The notes beneath the pieces were generated by a model, which did not search any database, was not told where the DNA came from, and was given only the letters and a program-made list of their open reading frames with translations. DNA of 62,758 nucleotides, the filler included, from Asterionella formosa (Eukaryota): assembly GCA_002256025.1 (NCBI GenBank). It is 24 parts of 24 records of this genome, joined end to end, with 100 filler letters (N's around TTAATTAATTAA, not from the genome) between each part and the next. Parts side by side here need not be neighbours in the genome. Positions count along the whole stretch, not along the records: positions 1 to 2,532 come from NKIB01015152.1; positions 2,633 to 5,163 come from NKIB01015154.1; positions 5,264 to 7,793 come from NKIB01015155.1; positions 7,894 to 10,422 come from NKIB01015156.1; positions 10,523 to 13,051 come from NKIB01015157.1; 19 more parts are not named here. The stretch is one strand, 5' to 3'. Below, in pieces: positions 1 through 10,579 of this stretch (the stretch's first letter is position 1; the number at the start of each line of letters is the position of its first letter). The position numbers and the translations under genes are program-made.

Positions 1-887
1 TTGTCATAAAGTGATCGCTGCGGTCTCCCGTCGGCTACTGTATGCCCCTTGAGGCGCCCGTCTCTCTTCTCTTTGATGAGATTGATGGCTCGGAGCGCTC
101 CCGTCCTCTGTTCCCTGGTAAGGGAGTTCGCACTTACGGGTTCATACACATCCAGCTCCTCTAGTTGTGCAAATTCTTTCATCAGGGCGGCCTCCGCCGC
201 TTTCCCGTGTTTCTTTATTCCCGCCTTCGCGGTCATCTGGTTCATTACATACCCAAAAATATGTTTACTTGTGTTGTCGTCTGCGTATGGCATCGTTGTT
301 CGAAATCCGCGTTGTACGAACTGTCTTGGTGGAAAGTATGACTTGTTGCTATGCGGTGCGTCAATGGCCTGCTTGAACTGTTCACTTATGGCTGCCCGGC
401 GTTGTCGGAGATTATATGGTCTGTGTTCTCCTGCCAACGCTCCTTGATCTGCCAACTCGTAGTCGTTGTCAGAACCCGCTTCTTGATTGGCTTCTTCAAT
501 GATCGCTGTCTCTTCCATAGGCGCTCCTTGGTTTTCGTCGATAGGCGCCCCTTGTTCCAAGTGCGCTCCTTGGTTTTCGTTGTGTTCTTGTTGTATGTAG
601 TCGTCGTAGACAAACGCGACGTCATCAATGTCGATCGTGTTTGTGTTTGGGTCTCCTGGGTTCGGCTCGACTGTATTTGGCTCGGCTAGCGGTGCATCGT
701 CCAAAGCCGTAGGGTGTGGCCCATCATGGAGCAGATCGGCAACTTCGTGATCATCGATGGCATCAAAGTCCGCGGGGTTAAAATCGTCAATAGGTTGGCG
801 TGCGGCAGGCTCGTAGTCCCGGTCGTATTCGTCGTTGTCAATGTGGTGATCGGCGCGCCATTCTACAACTAGGCCTCTGGCCTGCAT
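1..887 (-). mobile_element. Ty1/copia (CoDi-like) pol fragment: post-integrase linker to start of reverse transcriptase
   Basis: Open minus-strand frame missing from the ORF track (runs off the contig): QMTAKAGIKKHGKAAEAALMKEFAQL...ALRAINLIKEKRDGRLKGHTVADGRPQRSLYD; similarity stops at ~888. Confidence 0.85.
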
Positions 888-1243
888 CTAAGACGCCGTT
901 TACGGCACTTTTTCAAATTTATGTCTAAAGTGACTTATTTATGCTACTTTTCTAAAATATTATGCTACTTTTTGGGGAATTTATTCGGGTCAAACCAAAA
1001 TTTATGTGTTCTAAAACAAAATTTATTCTACTTATCTAATAATTATGTGATCAAACCAATAATTATGTGAGTTCGCAACAATATTTTTTTCCAACTAGCC
1101 CTCATAACAGTATAACGGCGAAATTACGCCACTTCACGGCAATATTATGCTGGTCTCACCACATGATTAAATAAAGAGTACCTAATTTCGATTCAATTAT
1201 TATTTTTTCCTTTATCACATTTTCCCTTGATATCGACTGCTGA

Positions 1244-2032
1244 AGGCAATACACGCCCGAGGTGGTCTCTTGCCTACGAGTACACATGTATACGAGAAGG
1301 CAAGTAGCCGCCGAGAAGGGTATTGTTGAGGCAATTCCCGCTCTAGCTATCGTCGCGTCATTCGCTTATCTACTGCCCACAAATTTAGCATAAATGTCAA
1401 TTTTAGCCTACTATTGCCCATCATATAAAATATGTTTTGAATATTTCCTATATTCACCTCGAAAATTGCCAAAGGTCCGATATTGCCCATCATTAAAATA
1501 TATTTTGTATATTTCATATGTTCGCATTTTGGCAAGACAACAGACGCCAATTGCCCCTCGGTTTTCCAGCCCTGGGATTGCCGAAATCGGCAAGGGGTCT
1601 ACTTAAGGAAACCATTTTATATACTATTCAGATTCTAATAGTTTATATCTAGAATTCACCTCGTTTTTGTTCGTCTCCTGAAAAGTGGACTCCGGCAATT
1701 CACCTTTCACCATGCCAATCGTCGTCCATCATGACCGGTTTGAAGCGAAATCAGTTCCGCGATGACGCCAGTAGCGATTCTTTGCCTATAGGATGCGGTT
1801 GATTGTTGGATTGCTTGTCTTCTCGAGGCATTCATGTAGTCGCATAGTCCATTTTTCGTCGGACGAACGATGATATCGATACATCTGATGTTGGTGGCAA
1901 GTTTTTGCTCCGGTCATGTATGTAATGATGCTTAACGGATATTCTACCGGTACCGGCAGTCATCTAGTCTACGAACGTACGTGGTACTAAAAACAACCAT
2001 GCATGGATTAAGCTATGCTTTAACGCTTACTT
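1244..2032. repeat. Dispersed non-coding repeat rich in GGCAAT/ATTGCC motifs, copy A
   Basis: High identity to 24663-25462, except that 1521-1918 is in the opposite orientation. Confidence 0.9.
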
Positions 2033-2532
2033 TGAACAAGCAATAATATTATCTCTGTAGACTCGGTATTATTTTTACGAGACCTGAAATGTTGAATTAT
2101 ATCGTTCACATATTCATTGATTTTACGTACCGTATGCCCGATTTCGTCCTCACAAATATAGTTCTCACTCTATCTTGCCTGCCTTTGCTCTATTCGGGCT
2201 TGCAATAGGCAACGTTCGTCTTTCTTTGATCCCATCGTCTGCTGCTTGTTATGCTAGTTGAAGCGGATCGGTAAGTACAACAGTGAAACACTGAATGTGG
2301 ATTGTTGATCGTATTTATCGACTTTCCGATTTGATTGCTTCCGTGGTTTGTTTTGATCGCTTCCATCGTTGTTTGTCGTTCCGCACTGTCGTTTTGTTTC
2401 GATTGTACATATCTACATAAGAACCAATGCATTTATCAATGACTACTCATTGAAGATGTGGTATTGTGCCGTTGTTGATTTGTATAGTCATTGACAATGA
2501 TGTCAATATTGCCGCCAAGCAATGCTTTTCTT

Positions 2533-2632
2533 NNNNNNNNNNNNNNNNNNNNNNNNNNNNNNNNNNNNNNNNNNNNTTAATTAATTAANNNNNNNNNNNN
2601 NNNNNNNNNNNNNNNNNNNNNNNNNNNNNNNN
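2533..2632. other. Artificial contig linker (N44-TTAATTAATTAA-N44), recurring 23 times through the window
   Basis: Identical 100-nt spacer with stops in all six frames about every 2.6 kb; contig lengths mostly descend from 2532 to ~2510 bp. Confidence 0.98.
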
Positions 2633-2718
2633 ATGTATGTTTTTGGGCTGGTAGATTTATTTGATCATTGAAACCCGAAGCACTCACTGGTTTCTTACTT
2701 GACAACTTGTGTCTAAAG

Positions 2719-3716
2719 ATTTGGGAAATGTACAAAAAAGCCGAAGCTTCGTTTTGGACTGCTGAAGAGATAGATCTCGCTTCGGACATGAAGGACTGGG
2801 ATGCGTTGAGTGAGAATGAGCGTTTTTTCATCTCTCATGTCCTTGCATTCTTTGCAGCATCTGATGGTATTGTCAACGAAAACTTGGCAGCCAACTTTGC
2901 CACTGAGATCCAGTCACCCGAAGCTAGATGTTTCTACGGCTTTCAAATTGCTGTTGAAAACATTCATTCAGAAACCTACTCGCTATTGATTGATACTTAC
3001 GTTCGTGACTATACAGAAAAGCATCATCTGCTGAATGCTATTGAAACTGTCGAGTGCGTCACAAAGAAGGCCAACTGGGCGCTTCAATGGTGTGATCGCG
3101 GGAATGCATCTTTTGCTGAACGCTGTATTGCCTTTGCTACTGTAGAAGGAATCTTTTTCTCAGCCTCGTTTTGTGCCATTTTCTGGCTCAAAAAGCGTGG
3201 CCTGATGCCCGGCCTCACCTTTTCCAACGAGCTCATTTCCCGAGACGAAGGCCTACATTGTGACTTTGCCTGCTTGCTGTACCGCAAACTTGTTAACAAG
3301 GTTCCGGAGGAACGAATTGTTGAAATTATCACCAACGCTGTGGAAATTGAAAAGGAGTTTTGCACATCGGCCTTGCCAGTGTCATTGTTGGGTATGAATG
3401 CAGAAGAAATGTGCCAATATGTTGAGTTTTGTGCCAACCGCTTGTTGCGAGAACTTGGATGTTCCAATCATGTACGTTTGTGTTGCGAAGCTCGTTGATG
3501 TTGCTTCGACATATATTCATATAAACTGACCTATTTTGAACCTCCAAACAGTACATACGAAATGGGCAAGCAACAAAGAACCCCTTTGCCTTTATGGAGA
3601 TGATTTCCCTTCAAGGCAAGACAAACTTTTTTGAAAAACGTGTAGGTGAATACTCCAAGGCTGGAGTCGGTGTCGCTGCTGAAGACCAAGAATTTGACCT
3701 TGACACCGACTTTTAA
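2719..3716 (+). CDS. RNR2: Ribonucleoside-diphosphate reductase small subunit, 5'-truncated; exons 2719-3471 and 3552-3716
   Basis: [46 protein letters not shown] intron 3472-3551 restores the frame to [12 protein letters not shown]...FDLDTDF*; upstream intron 2635-2718. Confidence 0.95.
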
Positions 3717-3989
3717 ACCCTTTCACAAGTCCTATCGTGAATCTTGACTGGAAGTTGTTCGATGTCTCGTGCTCGATTTTTGTGTGTGTTCAAAAGCAAG
3801 ATGATGGAAGCTTTCTTGATTGGATCAGGAAATTGAAAAGGGATCAAAGCAAGGTATGGTAGTACCGGTATGCAACAAGTACATAGTAATATATATGGTA
3901 ATATGACAATTAAACCCCAATAACCACTCGTAAACGAGGGCGCAAATGTAGGTTGGGAGTCAAGACATGCCTGTGAAATGGTAGTTAGC

Positions 3990-5163
3990 AATAAACACTG
4001 TGTGAATAAGGTGCGAGCATTAATGAACATGCCTCCTCCTCCCACTAATCTCAAACAATTTTTATCTTTTCTGGGTTTTGCAGTTTCAGTTACTTATCAT
4101 AGGGACATGCATGTCTCCTTACTGTTCTCATGTTCTTTGCCCACTGAAAGATTTCATCGGAACTGGTCCATTTGTTTGGTTTCCTATTCATCGCTATAGC
4201 AGATTCTAAATCTCGCCTCCCAAAGCTTGAGTCTTTGGGTGGGGTATGATCTTGGGCCAACATCTTCAAAATTAACATCCGATTCTTTTTCTCAATTGAA
4301 TTAGATGATAAGCCTCTGCTTACCTGTTCTGTTTTCTCAATTATCCAGTTTTGGCAGACAATATTCAATATCCTTTGGATTGTAATTTGATACATGATTG
4401 AAAATTGTTGGATATACAATTGATTCCCAATCAACAAACAAATCCTTTAGCATTTCCCTCTAATCAATTTTCATGATATTGACTTAATGTGTTTTGTGAA
4501 GAATCCAGGGGATACTTTGCGTATTGCTATACCTACTAATTAATTGGTATCATCATATGTTAACCCATGTGGTTATGACAAGATTGGATGCTACAATTGC
4601 TACTCATTTTTATCAACCAACATTTAAAACACAAGTGGAGCACACTGTACTAAGCATATGTGAAGCATGTCAATGTACAAAATTACCTAGCTAGTGCTGG
4701 TTATGGTGAACTTCCACCTCAGAATGCTTATGATTCCATGTTCAGAAGTTGCAGTGGATTTAGTTAGCCCATGGAAAATAACAGTGGCTGCACAAGCAAT
4801 TGAATTTTGTGCTTTAACTTGTATAGACATAGCTAGTATCAACATTAACACATCAGATTATAATGTTTTGAAATTCGAAAATGATTGGCTAGCCCAGTAG
4901 CCCCATCCACAACGTTGTATCCGTGATAATGGGGGTGACTTTAGTACTGGCAAATCTTTTCTACACATGCTGACTCTGAATAGAATTAATGATGTCACTA
5001 CTACAGTCAATAATCGTCCGCAAGATAATTCTATTTGCGCCTGTTTACATCAATCCTTCAGTGGCAGTTTCGTGAAATGTTCCTCCACTCAATGAATTTC
5101 AAGCTCAGAATATTGTGGATAGTAAATGTTTCGCCGCTGCATCCTATGCAGCTCGAGCTACTA
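3990..5163 (+). mobile_element. Degenerate Ty3/gypsy pol remnant (RT end / RNase H / integrase)
   Basis: Fragmented motifs PPTNLKQFLSFLG, YGELPP..PCSEVAVDLVSPW, CIRDNGGD in Gypsy order, with many stops and frameshifts. Confidence 0.7.
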
Positions 5164-5263
5164 NNNNNNNNNNNNNNNNNNNNNNNNNNNNNNNNNNNNN
5201 NNNNNNNTTAATTAATTAANNNNNNNNNNNNNNNNNNNNNNNNNNNNNNNNNNNNNNNNNNNN

Positions 5264-6706
5264 TTAAGGCTGCTATTATTCAGCCTGAGTTCCCTTTTCT
5301 CCGAGGCTTGGGTCTCGATCATTGGTCCAATAAAACAACGCAACCGAAACAGAAACTCCATTGCAATCAACCCCGTGATTATGGCAGCAACAACAACTCC
5401 TACTACTAGTGTGCCAACGCTTCCCTTGCCCGAGGTCATTTGCTCTGACGTACCTGGAACTTGGGCATATGATACCATGTCTCGACGAGTCGACAAGGAA
5501 ATTCTTCAAAGAACATTTGATGAAAACAAGCAAGAATTCGAGTCGGAAGCATTCTCCAACGTACTGGAACGGTACAACGACTTGCGGAAGGAACTACAGT
5601 CCACCGCCAAGTTGACTTACCTAGATGATGTACCCGAGGGAGCTTCAGAAGAGCGTCTACGGGAATATCAAGAATGGAAGGAGCTCTTGCGACCATATGT
5701 GGAACAGGGTGACACTTGGTTGACGGCTCCATGGTTGGTGACTGAATTCTATGTCTATCGTCGGGTGATGCAAGCGTTGGGTTACTGGGACCCTTCGTCG
5801 GCGGGTTACATGTACGATCCTTTCGCAAAGGCGAAGAGAGCTGGGCTGGATAGTTCTGCTGGGTCGGCAGAAGCTATGCTTGCCAAGATCCCAACTCTAC
5901 CAAAGACCAAAGAAGGCATCACATTGGCCGCTGCATTTGCCCTATGGGGCAACAAGATGGACCTTTCCTTGTGGCCTGCTGATGCTGCCAATGCAAACAT
6001 AGACGTGTTTTCAAATATATTAGCAAGTGCCAGTGAGAATCTCTTGCATGATGATTCTGGTATTCTCAGCGATCATTGCGACAAGTTGAGAGCAGCTGGA
6101 GGTGGAAATGTGGATATCATTGTTGACAACGCGGGTTTTGAACTAGTCACTGATTTGGCTCTTGCACAACATTTGGTGGAGAGCGGAATTGCAAAGTGTG
6201 TCACATTTCAGCTCAAGTCACATCCGACGTTTGTCTCCGATGCACTTGAAAAGGACTTGCGAGAAACTGTTGCTCATTACTGTAATTTGGATGTATCTCA
6301 GTTTCCTCAAGCTCACAAGGCTGGATTGGTGTGGCAGTCCTTCTTGGAAGATGGCCAGTGGAAGTGCAACGAAGACAACTTTTGGGTGCAACCATTTTCC
6401 ATGTGGCAAATGACAGAACCTCTCCGATCAGATATGAGGAACCGGTGCGATCTTGCCTTTGTCAAGGGCGACGCCAATTATCGTCGCTTGTTGGGTGATG
6501 GGAAGTGGGACTATACTGCTCCTTTTCAAAAAGTGGTTGGTGATTACTTCCCTTGTCCCGTATGTGCGCTTCGAACGCTCAAGGCGGAAGTTGGTTGTGG
6601 AATGGATGCCGATCAAGTTGAACGAGCCAAATCGCTAGATGACAACTGGCTTGTCAACGGCAGATTCGGTGTGGTTCATTTTGGAACAGGAGCATCTAAG
6701 AACTAA
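5264..6706 (+). CDS. ARMT1/DUF89 damage-control phosphatase; frame open from the contig start with a signal/transit-like extension
   Basis: PWLVTEFYVYRR, YDPFAKAK, LWGNKMDLS, DNAGFELVTD, KSHPTFVSD, KGDANYRRL, LRTLKAE. Confidence 0.9.
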   Translation, partial: LRLLLFSLSSLFSEAWVSIIGPIKQRNRNRNSIAINPVIMAATTTPTTSVPTLPLPEVICSDVPGTWAYDTMSRRVDKEILQRTFDENKQEFESEAFSNVLERYNDLRKELQSTAKLTYLDDVPEGASEERLREYQEWKELLRPYVEQGDTWLTAPWLVTEFYVYRRVMQALGYWDPSSAGYMYDPFAKAKRAGLDSSAGSAEAMLAKIPTLPKTKEGITLAAAFALWGNKMDLSLWPADAANANIDVFSNILASASENLLHDDSGILSDHCDKLRAAGGGNVDIIVDNAGFELVTDLALAQHLVESGIAKCVTFQLKSHPTFVSDALEKDLRETVAHYCNLDVSQFPQAHKAGLVWQSFLEDGQWKCNEDNFWVQPFSMWQMTEPLRSDMRNRCDLAFVKGDANYRRLLGDGKWDYTAPFQKVVGDYFPCPVCALRTLKAEVGCGMDADQVERAKSLDDNWLVNGRFGVVHFGTGASKN

Positions 6707-6763
6707 AAAGCATAGTAATAATTGAGATGAGATAAACGATATAGTCAGTCAAATAAAAACTTT

Positions 6764-7720
6764 CTAATCATTAACATTCGAAGCATCAGTGTTTTCCTCT
6801 AATACTGGCTTTTTCCGAAGGTAGCATTCGCCCCAGGCACAAACAGCCTTGCTTCTCAAAATATCAGCGAAGGCTTCAAGGTCGATGGGATCGTTCTCAG
6901 TTCCTTCCCATACAAGTAGCTCTCGGAATGTTCCTCTATGATATTGTTGGGTGGGATATTTCCGTTCCGATGTGACGACTTGTGAGTCCGGTGTTAGCTG
7001 ACTAGAAACCTGGAGCCAGCTAATTATTTCCTGCACGTGTTTAATGGATACGGATCCATCCTCTAACTGCAATGCTTCATAGAGAACACGGATTCTATCA
7101 TTTGGCGAGGAGTGTAAGGCCAAGGAAAGAATGGTCAGCCAAAACGAAAGTGGCATTTCCTCGTCTTGCGACTTTTCCAACTGGTCCATGGCAGCGACAA
7201 CGGCTCTGTCAATCAAGTGTCCCAGTTCTATTGTAAATGCTGGTCCTTTCAGGGAGGCCATGGTATTTCTAACTGACTTGACAAATTCTAAATAGGTTGC
7301 TGTTCCAGTAGCAAACTCTTGCTTCAGTTCTTGGATGATGCGGCGAAAGACGGCAGAGTCCAGCTCCGAGTTGGCGATTCGCAAATCGTCAATCTCCATT
7401 GGATCCAGCGAGGCCTTTTCTTCTATATCATTTCGAATCTTTTCTTTATTAGAAGTTCCATACGAGGTTCTTACCAAGCTAAGAATGATGGCACCAATGG
7501 AACACAGGAAAATGGTGCCTAGATTGTCGAGAAAGTAATCCGAAGCCTCCTTCTTGTTTAGTTTCGCTGCTGCTGTCGCGAGGGACCTGCCGTTTCCGCT
7601 TTTACATCGCTGCACTAAGCAGTAGCCCTTACTTCTAGTTGCTAGAAGCGATGGCCGTAAGCATGGTCTAGAGAACAGGTGCCTGCTGATGTGGTGAGAA
7701 CTGACCGTTCGAAGCGCCAT
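6764..7720 (-). CDS. Hypothetical protein with mitochondrial-type presequence, one TM helix and a degenerate EF-hand-like C-terminal region
   Basis: Long ORF convergent with ARMT1; Arg/Ser-rich N-terminus from ATG 7720; hydrophobic LGTIFLCSIGAIILSLV. Confidence 0.7.
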   Translation of the reverse strand: MALRTVSSHHISRHLFSRPCLRPSLLATRSKGYCLVQRCKSGNGRSLATAAAKLNKKEASDYFLDNLGTIFLCSIGAIILSLVRTSYGTSNKEKIRNDIEEKASLDPMEIDDLRIANSELDSAVFRRIIQELKQEFATGTATYLEFVKSVRNTMASLKGPAFTIELGHLIDRAVVAAMDQLEKSQDEEMPLSFWLTILSLALHSSPNDRIRVLYEALQLEDGSVSIKHVQEIISWLQVSSQLTPDSQVVTSERKYPTQQYHRGTFRELLVWEGTENDPIDLEAFADILRSKAVCAWGECYLRKKPVLEENTDASNVND

Positions 7721-8393
7721 GGTTGTTGTCAAGGAGGTAGAAGTGAACAGGATCTGCTGAAAAATTAAGCAAGACCACACACACCAGTTAGTANNNNNNN
7801 NNNNNNNNNNNNNNNNNNNNNNNNNNNNNNNNNNNNNTTAATTAATTAANNNNNNNNNNNNNNNNNNNNNNNNNNNNNNNNNNNNNNNNNNNNTCATGTT
7901 GGGAGCTCCCACAGGCAGGGTATCACCATTTTCCCTTGTTTGATTCCAAAGCTAAGATGTGATATGGTTTGATGCAAGACGTGCCACGACTTAAACTTTC
8001 TTCGTTGCAGATAATTTCAAGATTCGTACATCATCCCATATTCATTCGTGTACATGGTACCTGGTACTAGGTAACTGACACCATGGATGAAAAATAACAC
8101 GGTACCTGGTACCTGGTACCAACTACCGTAGACTGCACTCACGAATTCCTCCCGAGGAACTTAATTTGTGTTATCGGGCGACGCAGGACGTGTCACGACT
8201 TAACTTTCACCGTCGGACGACACGTTCATTTACTGTGCCAGTACTTCCAGTAGAGTACCCTGGTTACCTACTCTGTCAAAGGATCCATTACACTTTTCCA
8301 TATCGTCACTCTTCATCATTGCCTTTGGTCTAATTGATTGCTACATCAGAACAGGGCGAACGAAGAGCCGTTGATTCATCCAATTCAAGGAAC

Positions 8394-10001
8394 ATGGACG
8401 CCAGTGCCGCAGAACTTCCGTTTGGAGTTGCACAAGCAGAACTTTATGATGAGCCCACGATTGTCTACTCTTCTGATTCTCCCACTGTTACGACTTATCC
8501 TATCGCGCTTGCTCTATCCTTCAAAGAAGCCACAGTAGTACCGCTGTCCTCGCCTGATACAGAGGCTCCTCCAGAAGCCGCTGTGCTCTCCGTAGAGGAG
8601 CCAACAGCATATTCGACTCAACCTAACAACCCCTCCGTTCCTTTCGACACGAACGAAATTTACACTCCAGATCCGTGGACTCCATTAGATATTGAAAGCA
8701 AGAATTGTTCCATTTTCCGAAACAAACATTGCCTCATGGGTGCCTTTCTCAGTATTGTCGTTTTGGCGGTGGTCTTGTCCCTTACCATAAATCCGCACAA
8801 GAGTACTGATGTGCCATATTATATTTATCGTATGCCCAGCGATTATGTTAACAGTTGGAATGTTCTTGAGCTTGGAATAATGCCATCTCAAAATGGACCC
8901 ACTTTTTGGGCCACAGATCCGAAGGATTGTGTAATGCGTTGCGTAGGGAGAACTTATAATTGCGAAGCAATTGTATGGCTCAACGTGTCAAAACTTCGAA
9001 CCTTTATGGACGTTGGAAACTGTATTTGTCATGATACAAGTACCTGCGTTTACAATTCTAGTTACGATGTTCCTGGAATAGCCATGTCGATCAAGCCGCT
9101 CCCAAGAAAATGTAATAGTTATGAAATCCAAGGGGACTACAATTTCAGCGGTACAAAGCCGGACAGGTTCGAAGGAAGGGTTCAGAAAGTTGACGAACAT
9201 TATCTTTACATTTCTTATCCAACCTCATATGGAAATGATTATTCAGATGCACGTATCTTCGGCAACCTTTCGAGCTCTGATTTTGAGTTCCTTCAAGCTT
9301 ATGACCTTTCCCAATTCAAAGTCTCAACAACTGTCGTGGCTATTCCCAGTCCCTACAATTATGTTGACTACAATTATGGTTTGACACTCAATGTTTCGCT
9401 TTCTGTGGAGGTTCCAGGAGTAGAAGTTGTGATTGAGTTAACCTCATTGGAAGAAGACCCCTACTATTCACTGCCTGTTGGCGCCCCTATTGATTTCACT
9501 ACCTCTGCTCCCATTGGATATACAATCTCGCCTATTGCTCAACCTGTCATCCAACCTGCTGACCAACCTGTTTATGCTCCTAATTCGGCTCCTATTGGTT
9601 TCACCCCCTCTGCTCCCATTGGATATCCAATCTCGCCTATTGCTCAACCTATTATCCCACCTGCTGACCAACCTGTTTATGCACAACCGGTTTATCTTTC
9701 TCCGAGCTATTACGATTTGGAATATAACTTCACGTGGAACATTCTAGAGGATGGCATACTACCAACAACAGAATACTACACGGGAAATTTTTCTGCAGAT
9801 CCTGTGGAATGTCTTGCTTCTTGCAGTAGCAGCAACTTTGGTTACGTTGAGGCCATTGTGTTTTTCACATACATCAATGGTGATGGATTCAACTGCATTT
9901 GTCATTCTAGCGCAATTTGTGTGAAGAATTATACAGGTGTTCCTGGTCTTGTAAGATCAAATAAGCCAATGCCAGGGCCATGTGACAGTACCTTTCCATA
10001 A
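8394..10001 (+). CDS. Single-pass membrane protein with two Cys-rich modules and a Pro-rich repeat linker
   Basis: TM CLMGAFLSIVVLAVVLSLTI; two similar modules (WNVLELGIMP...DPKDCVMRC...NCICH and WNILEDGILP...DPVECLASC...NCICH); duplicated APIG..SPIAQP repeat at ~9480-9690. Confidence 0.75.
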   Translation: MDASAAELPFGVAQAELYDEPTIVYSSDSPTVTTYPIALALSFKEATVVPLSSPDTEAPPEAAVLSVEEPTAYSTQPNNPSVPFDTNEIYTPDPWTPLDIESKNCSIFRNKHCLMGAFLSIVVLAVVLSLTINPHKSTDVPYYIYRMPSDYVNSWNVLELGIMPSQNGPTFWATDPKDCVMRCVGRTYNCEAIVWLNVSKLRTFMDVGNCICHDTSTCVYNSSYDVPGIAMSIKPLPRKCNSYEIQGDYNFSGTKPDRFEGRVQKVDEHYLYISYPTSYGNDYSDARIFGNLSSSDFEFLQAYDLSQFKVSTTVVAIPSPYNYVDYNYGLTLNVSLSVEVPGVEVVIELTSLEEDPYYSLPVGAPIDFTTSAPIGYTISPIAQPVIQPADQPVYAPNSAPIGFTPSAPIGYPISPIAQPIIPPADQPVYAQPVYLSPSYYDLEYNFTWNILEDGILPTTEYYTGNFSADPVECLASCSSSNFGYVEAIVFFTYINGDGFNCICHSSAICVKNYTGVPGLVRSNKPMPGPCDSTFP

Positions 10002-10039
10002 AATATATGTTAATCATTTTATAGCGCATTCGTACTAGT

Positions 10040-10422
10040 CTATTTCTAGGTTTGTCGTTGTTGCGCTCAATGGACAATCAAAGGTGGTGGGCAGTGGAAA
10101 GTTGGGTGGGTAGTCACTTCCTCGTGAAGAACTAGGAGTTTTGAAAAATTGTGGTAGCATTGTTCTGGAATTGGTTTCCTCTGACTGCCTTTTTCATGTC
10201 AGCCGGAGAATTGGATGGCAAGTGTTGATTGGATGAAAGATATTCTTTGCATCCCCACTCCTTTGTCCTGCTTCTCTTTCATCTGTTTGTTGTTCAGTAT
10301 GTACTGTGTGGGAAAATTGGGATGGAAACGGTCTGTCTGGATCGAATTTGGATGCATGGACATTGTCAAAAGCCATAACTCAATTTAATGATGCTGTTGG
10401 GTGGATTTTGGTCATTTTGGTC
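10040..10422 (-). repeat. Diverged copy of the 3' part of the repeat family on contig 28902-31420
   Basis: aaggtggtgggcagtggaaag...gtagtcacttcc...tcatgtcagcc aligns with 29085-29230 and, inverted, with ~30600-30745. Confidence 0.7.
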
Positions 10423-10579
10423 NNNNNNNNNNNNNNNNNNNNNNNNNNNNNNNNNNNNNNNNNNNNTTAATTAATTAANNNNNNNNNNNNNNNNNNNNNN
10501 NNNNNNNNNNNNNNNNNNNNNNGTACGAGCCCTTCGTCACTCTTTCCTTATTTCCTTACCAACCTGCCAGAAAAGGCAT

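Noticed and set aside
49..689. Plus-strand ORFs of 132 and 112 aa
   Set aside because: Antisense shadows of the minus-strand Copia pol
2533..2632. Regularly spaced TTAATTAATTAA as a CRISPR-like or biological repeat
   Set aside because: Artificial linker inside N runs; ORFs ending in X..LIN or X..N are artefacts
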